A stretch of DNA of 64,000 nucleotides from Methanotrichaceae archaeon (GCA_963803145.1 CAWDLW010000023.1:128001-192000), one strand, 5' to 3'; positions 8,613 to 19,369 are shown, counted from the stretch's first letter. Notes: a model not told the origin generated them from the letters alone. A program made the numbers and translations.

Positions 8613-9470
8613 TTGATTCAGATGCCCACACAAACTGCTATACTCTTAGCTGCCTTCGGCTCACTTCAGCCCTCGGCCCTAGACACATACGAAAAAATCA
8701 AGATATTTTACATGCGAGAATTCCCTAACTCAGATGTAAGGATTGCCTTCACATCCGGTTTCATAAGGCACAAGTTGAGAGATGAGAGCATTTACTTCCA
8801 GAGCCCATTGATGGTTCTGGCAGAGCTACAGGATCAAGGTTTTCATGATATAGTCGTTCAACCTCTTCAAATTGTTCCAGGCAGCGAGTTCCATGAGATC
8901 GCATCTTTGGTCCAGCATCTGGAAGGCATTCACGGAAGGTTCAGGTTTCATAACCTTGTACTGGGGATGCCCTTGCTAACGAGCTTCGAGGACTGTAAAA
9001 AGACTTCAGTCGCGTTGAAACCAATCTTTGAGGAAATAGATGAACTAAACAAGTCAAAAGATCGGAATAGGAGTGTAATAGTCCTTGTTGGTCACGGAAC
9101 TGGCCATCCTGCAGATAGCCTTTACTCTCAGATGGCTTCGGTTTTGGCGAACAGCCGCAAAAACATCCTTTTTGGAACTCTGGAGGGTCATCCAGGGCTT
9201 AGTAATGTGCTTTCTTGGCTGATGGAGATTAAGAAAGAGAATAAGATAGAAAAAGTTGTGATAGTGCCTTTTCTACTAGTTGCAGGAGGCCATGTGCTGG
9301 AGGATATCGCAGGGAGTGGACAAAGCTCTTGGAGAACTATCCTTGAACGTCGAGGCCTCGATGTCGAGGTTTGCCTCAGAGGATTAGGCGATGAAGAAGA
9401 GATAATCAAACTGTTCATTGAACATACTTCAGACGCGATGAAGAAGGGTTTTATTCCAGAGCAGCAATAG
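8613..9470 (+). CDS. cbiK: Sirohydrochlorin cobaltochelatase (CbiK type)
   Basis: LLAAFGS, AFTS, VQPLQIVPGSEF, VGHGTGHP, GTLEGHP, PFLLVAGGH. Confidence 0.88.
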   Translation: MIQMPTQTAILLAAFGSLQPSALDTYEKIKIFYMREFPNSDVRIAFTSGFIRHKLRDESIYFQSPLMVLAELQDQGFHDIVVQPLQIVPGSEFHEIASLVQHLEGIHGRFRFHNLVLGMPLLTSFEDCKKTSVALKPIFEEIDELNKSKDRNRSVIVLVGHGTGHPADSLYSQMASVLANSRKNILFGTLEGHPGLSNVLSWLMEIKKENKIEKVVIVPFLLVAGGHVLEDIAGSGQSSWRTILERRGLDVEVCLRGLGDEEEIIKLFIEHTSDAMKKGFIPEQQ

Positions 9471-9527
9471 TACAGGCATAAATTAAGGGTATGAAATAAG
9501 GATATAATGTAAGGTACGATAAAAAGC

Positions 9528-9908
9528 ATGAAGCAAGATAGTCCGAAGCCTAATAACTATTGGGAAAAGCGAAAGTCCTTCTGGACCTCGCCTAAGGGAG
9601 TTGTCATATATATAGTCATATTGTTTGCCTTGCTGGCCGGAGGCCTGATAGCTCTCAATATCTATTCATCGCCTTTTCCTGTCATTGAATCATTTATTGC
9701 TAGACCGGTGGTAATTAGCCCAGGAGGCATCTCCAATCTGAGCTGGGAAGTCATCGGTGCAGAGAGAGTGAAGATAACTCCTGGAATAGGTGCCGTTGAA
9801 CTTAGAGGTTCGAGGCGAATTTCACCTTCCACGACCACTGTTTACACGCTCATCGCTATCAACGGTACGAGAAACAGATCGGCTGAGGCTATGGTTAGGG
9901 TAGAATGA
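9528..9908 (+). CDS. Membrane-anchored protein with small Ig-like domain
   Basis: One TM helix, then LSWEV.GA..V.I.PGIG..TTVYTL.A.N. Confidence 0.75.
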   Translation: MKQDSPKPNNYWEKRKSFWTSPKGVVIYIVILFALLAGGLIALNIYSSPFPVIESFIARPVVISPGGISNLSWEVIGAERVKITPGIGAVELRGSRRISPSTTTVYTLIAINGTRNRSAEAMVRVE

Positions 9909-9960
9909 TAATGCCGGATATATCGATCTCAATGTTTCAATTTATCTATATGGAGGCAGG

Positions 9961-10590
9961 ATGGCTCCCAAAATAATGCTAATAGCATTAGCATTGTCTT
10001 TAATCTTGCTGGAGCTGCCATTGGCTGTGTTGGCCGCCCCTGACGAAACATACGGCAGTGTCATTAATGTAGTCGACGGCAATACCTTTGATATAGCAAT
10101 AGAGAAGGCCGATCCCAGGATAATATCCAGCGTGGAGCGCATAAGGCTGGCCGATATTAGCTCGCCTGATGTAAGCACGCCTGAGGGCCTTCTTGCAAGG
10201 GACTTTACTTCGGCTGTTCTGCTAAATAAAAAGGTTTATCTTGATATCGATGATCTTTCAGTTAGGGACCCTTATGGCAGACTTCTCTGCGTTGTGTACC
10301 TTATAGGGGTATATGGCCAGCCGATTGTAACTCCCTGTTTTAATCGCATGCTCGTTGATTCAGGTTATGCTAAAATCGATAACTCCACAAATAATGAGTT
10401 CGATCCTTCGAAATGGTGGCCAGATATTAAGTCAAATAATACGCTTCTGCCTGAGTCTGGTGACCTTGCTGGGAGATTAGAGAGATATGCTGGGGATTTG
10501 TTAAACCAGCCACCTGAAAAGCAAGTGAATGAACTTGGAGGATTGGCGAAGCAAGCAGAAGACTTGCTTCATAGCCAAGTGGCAAGATGA
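9961..10590 (+). CDS. Secreted thermonuclease (SNase) family protein
   Basis: Signal peptide; VVDGNTF, RIRLADISSP, DPYGRLL, NRMLVDSGYA. The DGDT motif reads DGNT. Confidence 0.8.
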   Translation: MAPKIMLIALALSLILLELPLAVLAAPDETYGSVINVVDGNTFDIAIEKADPRIISSVERIRLADISSPDVSTPEGLLARDFTSAVLLNKKVYLDIDDLSVRDPYGRLLCVVYLIGVYGQPIVTPCFNRMLVDSGYAKIDNSTNNEFDPSKWWPDIKSNNTLLPESGDLAGRLERYAGDLLNQPPEKQVNELGGLAKQAEDLLHSQVAR

Positions 10591-10802
10591 AACCGTCTGA
10601 TGTCGGAAAACATGGATCTCTCGAATGATGGATAGCAGTATACCAAGGATAGCTAGCATACTCAGTCTAAGAATATTTTCGCTTGGCAAGTTAAATAGTC
10701 TCAATCAACTATCACTAATCAGCCCAAGTCAATTCCCAACTAAAACATATAGCTAAAGAAACCGAAAGACAATAGCTACCAAAAAGTAGGGCTAGAGGGG
10801 AT

Positions 10803-11786
10803 TTATCCAGAGAACTGCGCTTTATCTGGCACCTTAAAGCATGAGCAATCGAACATGTCTTCGGTGCTTGACCCAAAGCCCTTCTTGTCAGTAGCATTCA
10901 TATCGTTCCAACCGCCATTGCCGCCATACGAGCCACAGCATGGCAGCCATTTCTCATCCTCGTCTTCTATATCCGATGATTGTGTTAATAGAGCCATTCT
11001 CTTTGTTATGTTGAAGGTCCCAATATAATCTTCGTCCACCACAGTCAAGGGCTTTTCCCATGCCTTCATCGCTAACCCAAGAGGAAGGCTTTCTTCCTCA
11101 GACATCTCCTCTGGAACTTCGTCTACTGGAATTCCCTTAAGTTCAAGAACCCCAAAATGGATCTTGCCGTTGGTTAAGCTCTCATTCACAGTCATTACTG
11201 TGCTGGAATAGTCAGCCTGAATATCAAGCATCCTGTCCAGTTCGTGCGCTCCCTCAGTCATGTAATTCATAGAATTCAAATTATCTCGATTCTTTATCCA
11301 GGCATCATCCTTTAGCAAAGAATTGAAAACAACTGGATGAATGTTATAATATCGCGAATCTATAGCCATAGATAGCGGGCTATAGGCCATTTTACCGTCT
11401 TCTTTAAGCTGGATAATGCTATTTGCATCTTCGAAATCATCATATGGTTGCCCATATTCATCGTATTTGGTATCGGTGTAATTCTCGTATAAGTGATAGC
11501 TTTCTGCGTACATATTAGAATCGGTATCTATTGTGCCGCTCCCATGGTTTTTGCTCTTTGTCTCCGCACCATTGAACATAGCTCCTGTAGGACCGAGGGC
11601 ATCTGGCATAAACGCGTATTTGTAGGTAGAGAAAAAGCCTATCCCGCTAACTTTCTGGTCATACTTAAGAATTAGATGTTTTTCTTCTTTATAGGTAATA
11701 TTGTTTTCTTCTGCACATCCTACGGTCGCCATTCCCAAAATAATAACAGCTGCCAACAGCGTAAAAACAACATCCCTCAGGGCCAT
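10803..11786 (-). CDS. Secreted hypothetical protein with Cys-rich C-terminus (paralog of 56837..57481)
   Basis: GGAGG RBS, signal peptide, GTFNITK...WLPCC motif. Confidence 0.8.
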   Translation of the reverse strand: MALRDVVFTLLAAVIILGMATVGCAEENNITYKEEKHLILKYDQKVSGIGFFSTYKYAFMPDALGPTGAMFNGAETKSKNHGSGTIDTDSNMYAESYHLYENYTDTKYDEYGQPYDDFEDANSIIQLKEDGKMAYSPLSMAIDSRYYNIHPVVFNSLLKDDAWIKNRDNLNSMNYMTEGAHELDRMLDIQADYSSTVMTVNESLTNGKIHFGVLELKGIPVDEVPEEMSEEESLPLGLAMKAWEKPLTVVDEDYIGTFNITKRMALLTQSSDIEDEDEKWLPCCGSYGGNGGWNDMNATDKKGFGSSTEDMFDCSCFKVPDKAQFSG

Positions 11787-12005
11787 CCCTCCTCGAATAA
11801 TAGACGACGTTTTTTACATGCATCTTCTATTATTTAAGATTACTTCCGATAAGAATTGCTTCTTGTTGTTCTAAGCAATGGAGACTTTATGGCACTTTAT
11901 GGTACTTAGCTAACTTTACATCTTTAAGCCAATATAGCAAGTTTTGAGTAGTCGCATAACCGATCAAACGATTAAAGCGCTTCAATTCTGCATTCCTTTG
12001 ATATG

Positions 12006-12054
12006 AGTAATACTTTATCTTGTAAGTAATAAATTTTTCAGATAAAGTATTACT
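12006..12054. promoter_or_regulatory. Perfect 15-bp inverted repeat overlapping a NikR-like GTAATA-N16-TATTAC operator
   Basis: AGTAATACTTTATCT (12006-12020) / AGATAAAGTATTACT (12040-12054); GTAATA 12026-31 and TATTAC 12048-53; upstream of cbiM. Confidence 0.6.
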
Positions 12055-12280
12055 ATAGGATACTAATCGCTCATTGGAAAAGGTTGATTTCAAGCTATAT
12101 TTAATGGAGCATGGTTCCGAACGGCAATGTTATTTATTAGATTGTCTATCCTTTCGGACTGGGACGAATCCGAAATTGGATATACCTAATCAATAGCATT
12201 TTTAAGTAAAATGTTATTACTAGGTATGCGCATCCGACATCTTTTTATAACTATATGAGGCTGTAGCAATAGGTGAGATT

Positions 12281-13000
12281 GTGCATATCCCCGATGGCTA
12301 TCTTGGACCCTACACCTACCTGACATTATGGATCATCATGATTCCAATCTGGATTTATGCCGGGAAAAGATTAAGTGCGGAGCTCAGATCAAGACAGGTT
12401 CCCCTGTTGGCGCTTTCTTCTGCTTTCGCATTCGTGATAATGATGTTCAACATCCCTGTTCCCGGCGGCAGCACAGGCCATGCTGTTGGAGGAGCAATAA
12501 TTGGCATAGTCCTAGGTCCCTGGGCTGCGGTAATATCCATCTCTGTCACTCTAGTGTTGCAGGCATTAATATTCGGAGACGGGGGAATAACTGCCATCGC
12601 CGCCAATTGCTTCAACATGGCGGTTGTAATGCCCTTCTCTGCATATTACATTTATAAGTTTATCAGCGGAAATACAGAGATTGCTTCGTCGCGTAGGATC
12701 ACAGCCTCAGCCATCGCTGGATATATCTCCATAACCCTTGCTGCAGCATCTACAGGCTTCATGTTCGGCATACAGCCTATATTGCATCATGATGCAAGCG
12801 GCATGCCGCTGTACATGCCCTATGGTCTAGGGATAACTTTGCCAGCAATGGTTTTGGAATATGCCCTGGTATTCGGCTTCATTGAGGCGCTCGTGACCGC
12901 GCTGATATTCGCCTACATTCAGAGAACCGACTCGTCTCTGCTTGTGGAGAGCGCAACTAAGTCAAAGGCGAGCAAGTCCAAAGCGTCAGCGCCTGTGTGA
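12281..13000 (+). CDS. cbiM: ECF-type Co/Ni transporter S component CbiM/NikM
   Basis: N-terminal MHIPDGYL metal-binding motif; GGSTGH; QALIFGDGGI; GGTGA RBS. Confidence 0.93.
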   Translation: MHIPDGYLGPYTYLTLWIIMIPIWIYAGKRLSAELRSRQVPLLALSSAFAFVIMMFNIPVPGGSTGHAVGGAIIGIVLGPWAAVISISVTLVLQALIFGDGGITAIAANCFNMAVVMPFSAYYIYKFISGNTEIASSRRITASAIAGYISITLAAASTGFMFGIQPILHHDASGMPLYMPYGLGITLPAMVLEYALVFGFIEALVTALIFAYIQRTDSSLLVESATKSKASKSKASAPV

Positions 13001-13010
13001 GGTGATTTCC

Positions 13011-13322
13011 GTGGACAAGATCATGAGGAACCTTGCGATCGGTCTGTTAATATTAGTGATACTCACACCCCTCGGCCTTTTAGCCACGGGCGGTACCTTT
13101 GGCGAGTGGTCGAATAAAGAAGTCAAGGAGAAGCTCGGCTTTGTGCCCAGCGGACTGGAGCATATATCTTCTCTATGGGGGGCACCACTGCCAGACTATG
13201 CTATTCCAGGTGAGGGCTCACAGCACAGTGCAACGGGGACATATATTCTATCAGCTGTAATAGGCGTGATAGTATGCGCAGGGGTGTTGTACTTTGTGGG
13301 AAGGAGGCTAGCTAAAGATTAA
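13011..13322 (+). CDS. PDGLE-domain (NikN/CbiN-like) membrane subunit
   Basis: GGTGA RBS before GTG 13011; two TM helices flanking FGEW..PSGLE..PLPDY. Confidence 0.85.
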   Translation: MDKIMRNLAIGLLILVILTPLGLLATGGTFGEWSNKEVKEKLGFVPSGLEHISSLWGAPLPDYAIPGEGSQHSATGTYILSAVIGVIVCAGVLYFVGRRLAKD

Positions 13323-13640
13323 AATGCATTTTTGTGCTTATTTGCAAAGGACCTTTAGCGAGTGATCGAATAATGATATTAAGTAGCTCCGTCTAATGCC
13401 CAACGATCCGGAAGTATTTAACTCCGTTTTGGAGCATACTAGCCAGATTATACCATTCAGAAAAAACTGGTCGAAGCATAGCGCTGAAGCCTGATGTTAT
13501 TACTCTAGGCAAAAAGAACCTGTCTATCTTAGATAACCTCGACGAGCCATCTGAATATGCTTGAAGACTCAGATAGATTAGGTTACCGATCCTTATTTTC
13601 GAGAAAGGTAAAATAAAATGGAAGATATAAAATTTGAAAT

Positions 13641-14018
13641 TCATCCGCAGGCGCAGTGACCGCATATCTGTCTGTGCAATTTCTTACATATTAGTGCTAA
13701 ATCGTGTCTGAAAACGGGGTTGGAATGATGAAGTAGTTCGTCAATACGCGCTTGTAAATTGGCCTCAGTAATCCCGGCTGGATAATTTCCGTTAGCCGGC
13801 GGTTGAAATACGCTAGCATCATCTATTACAGTGGGATCAAGCAAACCCGCAAGCAAACCCAATATATACCAAATGTTTTGGGCATCCCAATAAAATGCTT
13901 CGGTCTGTGCTTTAAATTGCGTATTTCTCATATCCCAAAGATCTCCAGCCAGTTGTTGTACTTCAGCTTTTGTGGCCGGTGAAATTGGCGTTTTAACCTT
14001 ACTTCCAGTGGTCGGCAT
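13641..14018 (-). CDS. Hypothetical protein ending in CGHCACG
   Basis: Clean ORF with GGTGAGGGAG RBS; no recognisable family. Confidence 0.6.
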   Translation of the reverse strand: MPTTGSKVKTPISPATKAEVQQLAGDLWDMRNTQFKAQTEAFYWDAQNIWYILGLLAGLLDPTVIDDASVFQPPANGNYPAGITEANLQARIDELLHHSNPVFRHDLALICKKLHRQICGHCACG

Positions 14019-14349
14019 CTCCCTCACCTTTCCGATTACTTCATTTTCTACTAAAACTCGTTAACTAGCCGTATTTGTATTCGTGAAAAGATACATCAAT
14101 GGCTAGTTCCGTTTTTTATATTGAGTTTACGGCAACCCTTGATAAGAACTGCAACTATTTAAGTCTTTTTAAGAACAATTTTTTGATACGGAGCTGATCT
14201 CAATACTCTTGGCAGTATTGCGTTCTCGGCACCTTATTTTTGGAAGCTATGCTGGAATTGATTACCATAATTTAGAAAAATCTATATCTAAAGACTTTGT
14301 ATCCTCCATTATGTGAAAATATTTATGTTCAGAACAATAAAATCAAACT

Positions 14350-14600
14350 GCGTGCGGCCACCCCACCCTAAAGGATGGGGTATGCTTCGGTCCGCACGCC
14401 GATCGGTTTTCAGGAAGCTAGAAACCGTCTAATTTTCGTTGTCTGGATCTCTTGATCTGAATTATTGTAACTTTGCTTTCGGTTTCCAGAGATTTCTTGT
14501 TGATCAATATAAGGAAACATGAAAACCAGGCGAGGGTTCACTTCATCCCCGACCTGAAGGTCTGGGTATTCGTGACCCTCCGCACTCCCAATGTAATAAA
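14350..14600. mobile_element. Non-autonomous IS200/IS605-type palindromic element (MITE/PATE-like)
   Basis: Two similar terminal hairpin modules: CCCCACCCTAAAGGATGGGG inside GCGTGCGG/CCGCACGC, and CCCCGACCTGAAGGTCTGGG inside GAGGGTTCAC/GTGACCCTC. No transposase. Confidence 0.7.
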
Positions 14601-14717
14601 TATTCGTAATGCTGCAATACTTTTCTTATACTTGTTTCAGGATGTCCTCGTACAATAGATAGAACACAATAGTAATCCAAAAGATTTTTAAAGTAGAAAT
14701 GCTTAATAAACACTCGT

Positions 14718-15344
14718 ATGTACAAAAACTCGTCAATTTTGCTAACTTTAATAATGCTGGTTCTATTAGTATCTGGCCAGGAAAACACAGCAGGTTATTG
14801 GTTAGCGAAAGCTAACGAGTTGTCTCAAACGGGGATGTACAACGAATCGATACCATATTACGATAAGGCTATCAGCCTAGACTCAAAAAGCGCAGATGCA
14901 TGGAATAGTAAGGGCTTAGCATTGCAAAATTTAGAAAAATACGACGAATCAATTAAATGCTTTGATACAGCTATCCAACTGAACCATTCATACAAAGAAG
15001 CTTGGTATAACGAAGGTTGGAGTTATCACGAACTTGGCCTATACGATAAATGCATAGAATGCAATAAAAACGCCTTGAAAATAGATCCAAACTATTGTGA
15101 TGCATCTAATGATATAGGCGTTGCCTATTATACAGAACGAAATTATGAAGAGGCTGAGAATTGGTATCGTAAGACACTAGAAATTTGCCCAGACAGAGGA
15201 GAAACTTGGTATAACTTAGGTTTGTTATTAAAGTCTCAAGGCCGCAATAGTGAAGCGTATGATGCTTATCTTAAGTCTAAGAACTATGGTTATACCGGCC
15301 CAGAAGACTGCAACAAAGAATTCGAAAATCTCGCTTCATTCTAG
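14718..15344 (+). CDS. Secreted TPR protein
   Basis: Signal peptide plus about 5 TPR units (AWNSKGLAL..L..Y.E). Confidence 0.88.
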   Translation: MYKNSSILLTLIMLVLLVSGQENTAGYWLAKANELSQTGMYNESIPYYDKAISLDSKSADAWNSKGLALQNLEKYDESIKCFDTAIQLNHSYKEAWYNEGWSYHELGLYDKCIECNKNALKIDPNYCDASNDIGVAYYTERNYEEAENWYRKTLEICPDRGETWYNLGLLLKSQGRNSEAYDAYLKSKNYGYTGPEDCNKEFENLASF

Positions 15345-15415
15345 TGGCCATAATTTTAATTAGCCAAAGGATGAGACCATAATCCTTTTTTATAAGTAAA
15401 TAGTAATCAACATCT

Positions 15416-16708
15416 GTGACAGATCTCTCAAAGAGGGTCTTTGTTATAATGTTGTTTATAATGTTCTTATCAGTAGAAGGATCTGCTATTGAATTAGAGA
15501 GCTCTAGAGTAATCCCGTCTAGCCAAATTTTGGCCCAGATCAGAAATAGTACGCCTGTAGAGTACACCAACATTGAAGTGATGGGTGATCTAGATTTGAG
15601 CAACATATCAGAACCGATAACCTCTCCAATCACAATTAAGGATTCTGAGTTTCACGGTGTAGTGATCTTTAACGATTCTATCATAAAGGAACCAATAAAC
15701 TTTGAAAGGACACTATTTCTTAAACCTGCGTACTTCTTCCAGACTAGGTTTATGGAAGGTGTAAATTTTAATCACGCCCAGTTTAATGAAACAGCGATAT
15801 TTAGGAAATCTCTCATAAACCAAGCGGCTGATTTTGGAGAAGCTAGATTTAATGGACGTGTGGATTTCAGGGATTCTATCATAACTGCAGAGATCGCTGA
15901 CTTTGGGGGAGCTTATTTCGATGATGATGCGCAATTTATTGAAACTGGATTTAGCGTTAAAAATGCTAACTTTGAATGGTCTCAATTCAATAAGTCTGCA
16001 AAATTTTGGCATTCTGTATTTGGCGAATATGCAGATTTCCGGGGCGCACATTTCGGAGATATTGCAGATTTCTATGTAGTTCAGTTTAATGACACTGCAG
16101 ATTTCTGGGGCGCACAATTTGAAAAAGAATTGTTTTTCAATGATGTAAGCTTCAAAACCTTTAGGATTCAATGGGCATCAATAGAAGGTAAATTGAATTG
16201 TAATGGTCCGCCGTATCTTCTGCTGATCAAAAACTTCAAAGATTTAGAGCAGTTTGAAGATGCTGATAGCTGTTACTATCAGTATAGAGACTGGAGAAGG
16301 ACCAACAGGCCCTTAGAATGGGCCATAATTGGCGATTATGTCTCCTGGCTATCCTGTGGATATGGGGTCCGATGGCATTACACTATATTTTCTAGCATTA
16401 TGGTTATAATGCTTTTCGGTTTGTATTATGAATCATTTAACTTTAGACATGTACTGCGAAATTTGTCAAATGAAAGGGGTCAAAAAAATACAAACCAATA
16501 CGAGTTTAAAGAAAACCTTAAAAGAGCCATAACTTTTAGTGCAATAACTTTGTTATCGTTACCCTCCGATTGGTATCCATTTGGAAAAGATGAATATGCA
16601 CAATTTATAAAACAGCACTTAATTTCAGCCATCTTTGAGCGTATTGTTGGTTGGGGCCTTATGTTGCTGCTAATCGGCACTCTGAGCAGACTAATGGTAA
16701 GATACTAG
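15416..16708 (+). CDS. Pentapeptide-repeat membrane protein
   Basis: Signal peptide, ADFxxAxF repeats, C-terminal GYG-containing TM region. Confidence 0.85.
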   Translation: MTDLSKRVFVIMLFIMFLSVEGSAIELESSRVIPSSQILAQIRNSTPVEYTNIEVMGDLDLSNISEPITSPITIKDSEFHGVVIFNDSIIKEPINFERTLFLKPAYFFQTRFMEGVNFNHAQFNETAIFRKSLINQAADFGEARFNGRVDFRDSIITAEIADFGGAYFDDDAQFIETGFSVKNANFEWSQFNKSAKFWHSVFGEYADFRGAHFGDIADFYVVQFNDTADFWGAQFEKELFFNDVSFKTFRIQWASIEGKLNCNGPPYLLLIKNFKDLEQFEDADSCYYQYRDWRRTNRPLEWAIIGDYVSWLSCGYGVRWHYTIFSSIMVIMLFGLYYESFNFRHVLRNLSNERGQKNTNQYEFKENLKRAITFSAITLLSLPSDWYPFGKDEYAQFIKQHLISAIFERIVGWGLMLLLIGTLSRLMVRY

Positions 16709-16828
16709 ACTAGTGTTAAGCTTAGATAGCGCTGATGGCGTAGATATTGCATATAGTTTACATTACTTCTGCCAAAATGCAGTAACAATTTAAGCTTCAA
16801 GAAAATTTAGGGATCGTAGAATTGATCC

Positions 16829-19108
16829 CTATGCGTATATCTCCCCGACTTTCTCGATTTCGCGAGACGCCCTCTTGCGGAGCTCTCCGCCAAGCTTCGT
16901 ATAGTACTTCATCGTGTCGGGAGTAACCGATGGCCCTATCTCCTCTATGGCAGCAATGAAGTGCCTCTGGCTGACGATCTGCGTTTGCATATTCTCCCTT
17001 AGAGCCATGCGCCCAGCCTTACGCACCACAGCGGCTATATCTGCACCTGTATATTGATCGGTTAGACTGACAAGATCATCAATATTAACGTCCTTGTCCA
17101 GAGGCATCCTCTTAAGGTGCACCTCGAAGATGTTGTGTCGGGATTCAGCATCCGGTACGGGCACCATAATCAGCTCGTCAAACCTCCCAGGGCGAAGCAG
17201 TGCAGGATCGATTATATCCGGCCTGTTCGTCGCTCCTATTACTACTACTCCTCTCAGCTCCTCAAGGCCGTCCATCTCGCTCAAGAGCTGGTTCACAACG
17301 CGCTCGGTCACATGAGGCTCTCCCAGGGCCCCGCCTCTGATCGGCACAAGTGCATCAAGCTCATCAAGGAATATTATCGTTGGAGCAACTTGCTTGGCGC
17401 GACGGAAGATCTCCTCGACGCGCTTTTCGCTCTCTCCGTACCATTTGGATAGCAAAGCGCTCCCCTTAACTGTAATGAAGTTAGCCTCGCTCTCATTGGC
17501 CACGGCCTTTGCAAGCATCGTTTTACCTGTTCCCGGAGGACCGTAAAGCAATATGCCCTTTGGGGCATCGATACCCAGGCGCCTGAAGCTTTCAGCATGG
17601 CGGAGAGGCCATTCTACGGCCTCGACCAAAAGGTCCTTGACATTCTCCAGGCCACCTATATCTTCCCATTTCACGTTTGGAATTTCAACCAGGACTTCTC
17701 TTAGAGCCGATGGCTGAACCTCCCTCATAGCATCCTCAAAGTCGTCTCTATGAACAATCAGCCTGTCCAGAATCTCCTTTGGTATTGTCGGCTCATCCAG
17801 ATCGATCTCAGGCAGGATACGCCGCAGGGCATTCATAGCAGCCTCTCTAGTTACAGATGCAATGTCGGCGCCCACAAAGCCGTAAGTTCTCTCGGCCAGC
17901 TCCTCCAGGTTCACATCCTCATTCAAGGGCATGCCCCTGGTGTGGATCAGGAAGATCTCTCTTCGTCCATCTATATCTGGCACACCCAGCTCAATCTCGC
18001 GGTCAAATCGACCGGGCCTCCGAAGGGCCATGTCCAGAGCTTCAGGCCTATTTGTGGAGCCTATCACTATCACATTCTTGCGCTCCTTCAGGCCATCCAT
18101 CAAAGAGAGAAGCTGGGCAACGACACGGCGCTCAACCTCACCTGTAACTTCACTTCGTTTGGGTGCTATAGAATCTAGCTCGTCGAGGAATATAATTGCA
18201 GGAGTGTTCTTCTCAGCCTCCTCGAAGATATCTCTTAGCGCCTTCTCGCTCTCTCCATAATACTTGGACATGATCTCAGGGCCGTTGATGCTTATGAAAT
18301 AGGCGTCACTCTCATTTGCAACTGCCTTGGCCAGCATCGTCTTGCCTGTGCCTGGCGGGCCATGTAGCAGAACACCTTTAGGTGGATCAATTCCAAGTCG
18401 GTCGAATAGCTCAGGGTGCTTCAGCGGAAGCTCGATCATCTCGCGAACTTTAGTTATCGCTGGCTTGATGCCGCCAATATCCTCGTAGACTACTGATGGC
18501 ACCGGCCTATCTGCAGCCTCAATGGCCTGAGGCAGAAGCTCCATCTCTGTGCTTTCCGTAATCTTGACTATTCCACTGGGGCTGGTAGAGATAACTCGTA
18601 GCTTGATCTCTCCAAGGCCGAATGCCTGAGCACCTAAAAAGCCCCTGAAGATCTCCTCGAACATAGTCTCTCGCCCCAGAGAATCCGTAGGAGGCTTCCT
18701 GACACTTGTTGTGGAGATGATATCTCCCTTTGTAACAGGCCTTCCATGGAAGACCTTCGTAAGAACATCGCCCGGCGCGAAGATCTGCATGCCCGGAGTT
18801 ACTGGGGCCAGGGTCACGTGCTTCGCCTCGCTCCAAACAGCCTTTTTGATATCAATGTACTGGCCTATGCTTGTGCCAGCATTTGATCTTATGAGGCCGT
18901 CCATTCGGGCTATATCCGATCCCTGATCTGCTGAATAGGCGTTCACTGCCAGAGCTGCCGTTGCTCTTGTACCTGTGACCTCGACCACATCAAGGGTACG
19001 TGCATTAAGCTTTTCCAGGAAATGCTCGCTGACTCTGATTATGCCCTTTCCCACATCTCCTTGATTCGACTCGGCTACCTTGAGCCTGATGGGTTCTCCG
19101 TTGCTCAT
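16829..19108 (-). CDS. cdc48: CDC48/VCP family AAA+ ATPase
   Basis: N domain plus two AAA modules (GPPGTGKT x2, IFLDELD x2, [16 protein letters not shown]); likely start MSNGEP. Confidence 0.96.
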   Translation of the reverse strand: MSNGEPIRLKVAESNQGDVGKGIIRVSEHFLEKLNARTLDVVEVTGTRATAALAVNAYSADQGSDIARMDGLIRSNAGTSIGQYIDIKKAVWSEAKHVTLAPVTPGMQIFAPGDVLTKVFHGRPVTKGDIISTTSVRKPPTDSLGRETMFEEIFRGFLGAQAFGLGEIKLRVISTSPSGIVKITESTEMELLPQAIEAADRPVPSVVYEDIGGIKPAITKVREMIELPLKHPELFDRLGIDPPKGVLLHGPPGTGKTMLAKAVANESDAYFISINGPEIMSKYYGESEKALRDIFEEAEKNTPAIIFLDELDSIAPKRSEVTGEVERRVVAQLLSLMDGLKERKNVIVIGSTNRPEALDMALRRPGRFDREIELGVPDIDGRREIFLIHTRGMPLNEDVNLEELAERTYGFVGADIASVTREAAMNALRRILPEIDLDEPTIPKEILDRLIVHRDDFEDAMREVQPSALREVLVEIPNVKWEDIGGLENVKDLLVEAVEWPLRHAESFRRLGIDAPKGILLYGPPGTGKTMLAKAVANESEANFITVKGSALLSKWYGESEKRVEEIFRRAKQVAPTIIFLDELDALVPIRGGALGEPHVTERVVNQLLSEMDGLEELRGVVVIGATNRPDIIDPALLRPGRFDELIMVPVPDAESRHNIFEVHLKRMPLDKDVNIDDLVSLTDQYTGADIAAVVRKAGRMALRENMQTQIVSQRHFIAAIEEIGPSVTPDTMKYYTKLGGELRKRASREIEKVGEIYA

Positions 19109-19369
19109 ACTTTCCACACCTGATACCAGATAAAGATATACGGGTTTATTTTTTAAGTAGTTTGCCGTATCCATTGCAAGCAACCTAGCTCGTATCAACT
19201 AGCATGAAGGCGAAAATGTCTCTAGACAGAATTTAGATCTTTTAGGCACAATGAAAATAGTCTCATCACATGATTATTTACAGTTTGATAAGGGATTATC
19301 TTAATTATTTGTAGTACCCGGTTTTTTATATGATTTGAATGTTATAAGATATTATCCATTAGTGATAAT

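Noticed and set aside
12110-12230. Cobalamin or NiCo riboswitch
   Set aside because: No B12-box/GGGAA..GCCACTG core or recognisable NiCo four-way junction; kept only as an unnamed candidate.
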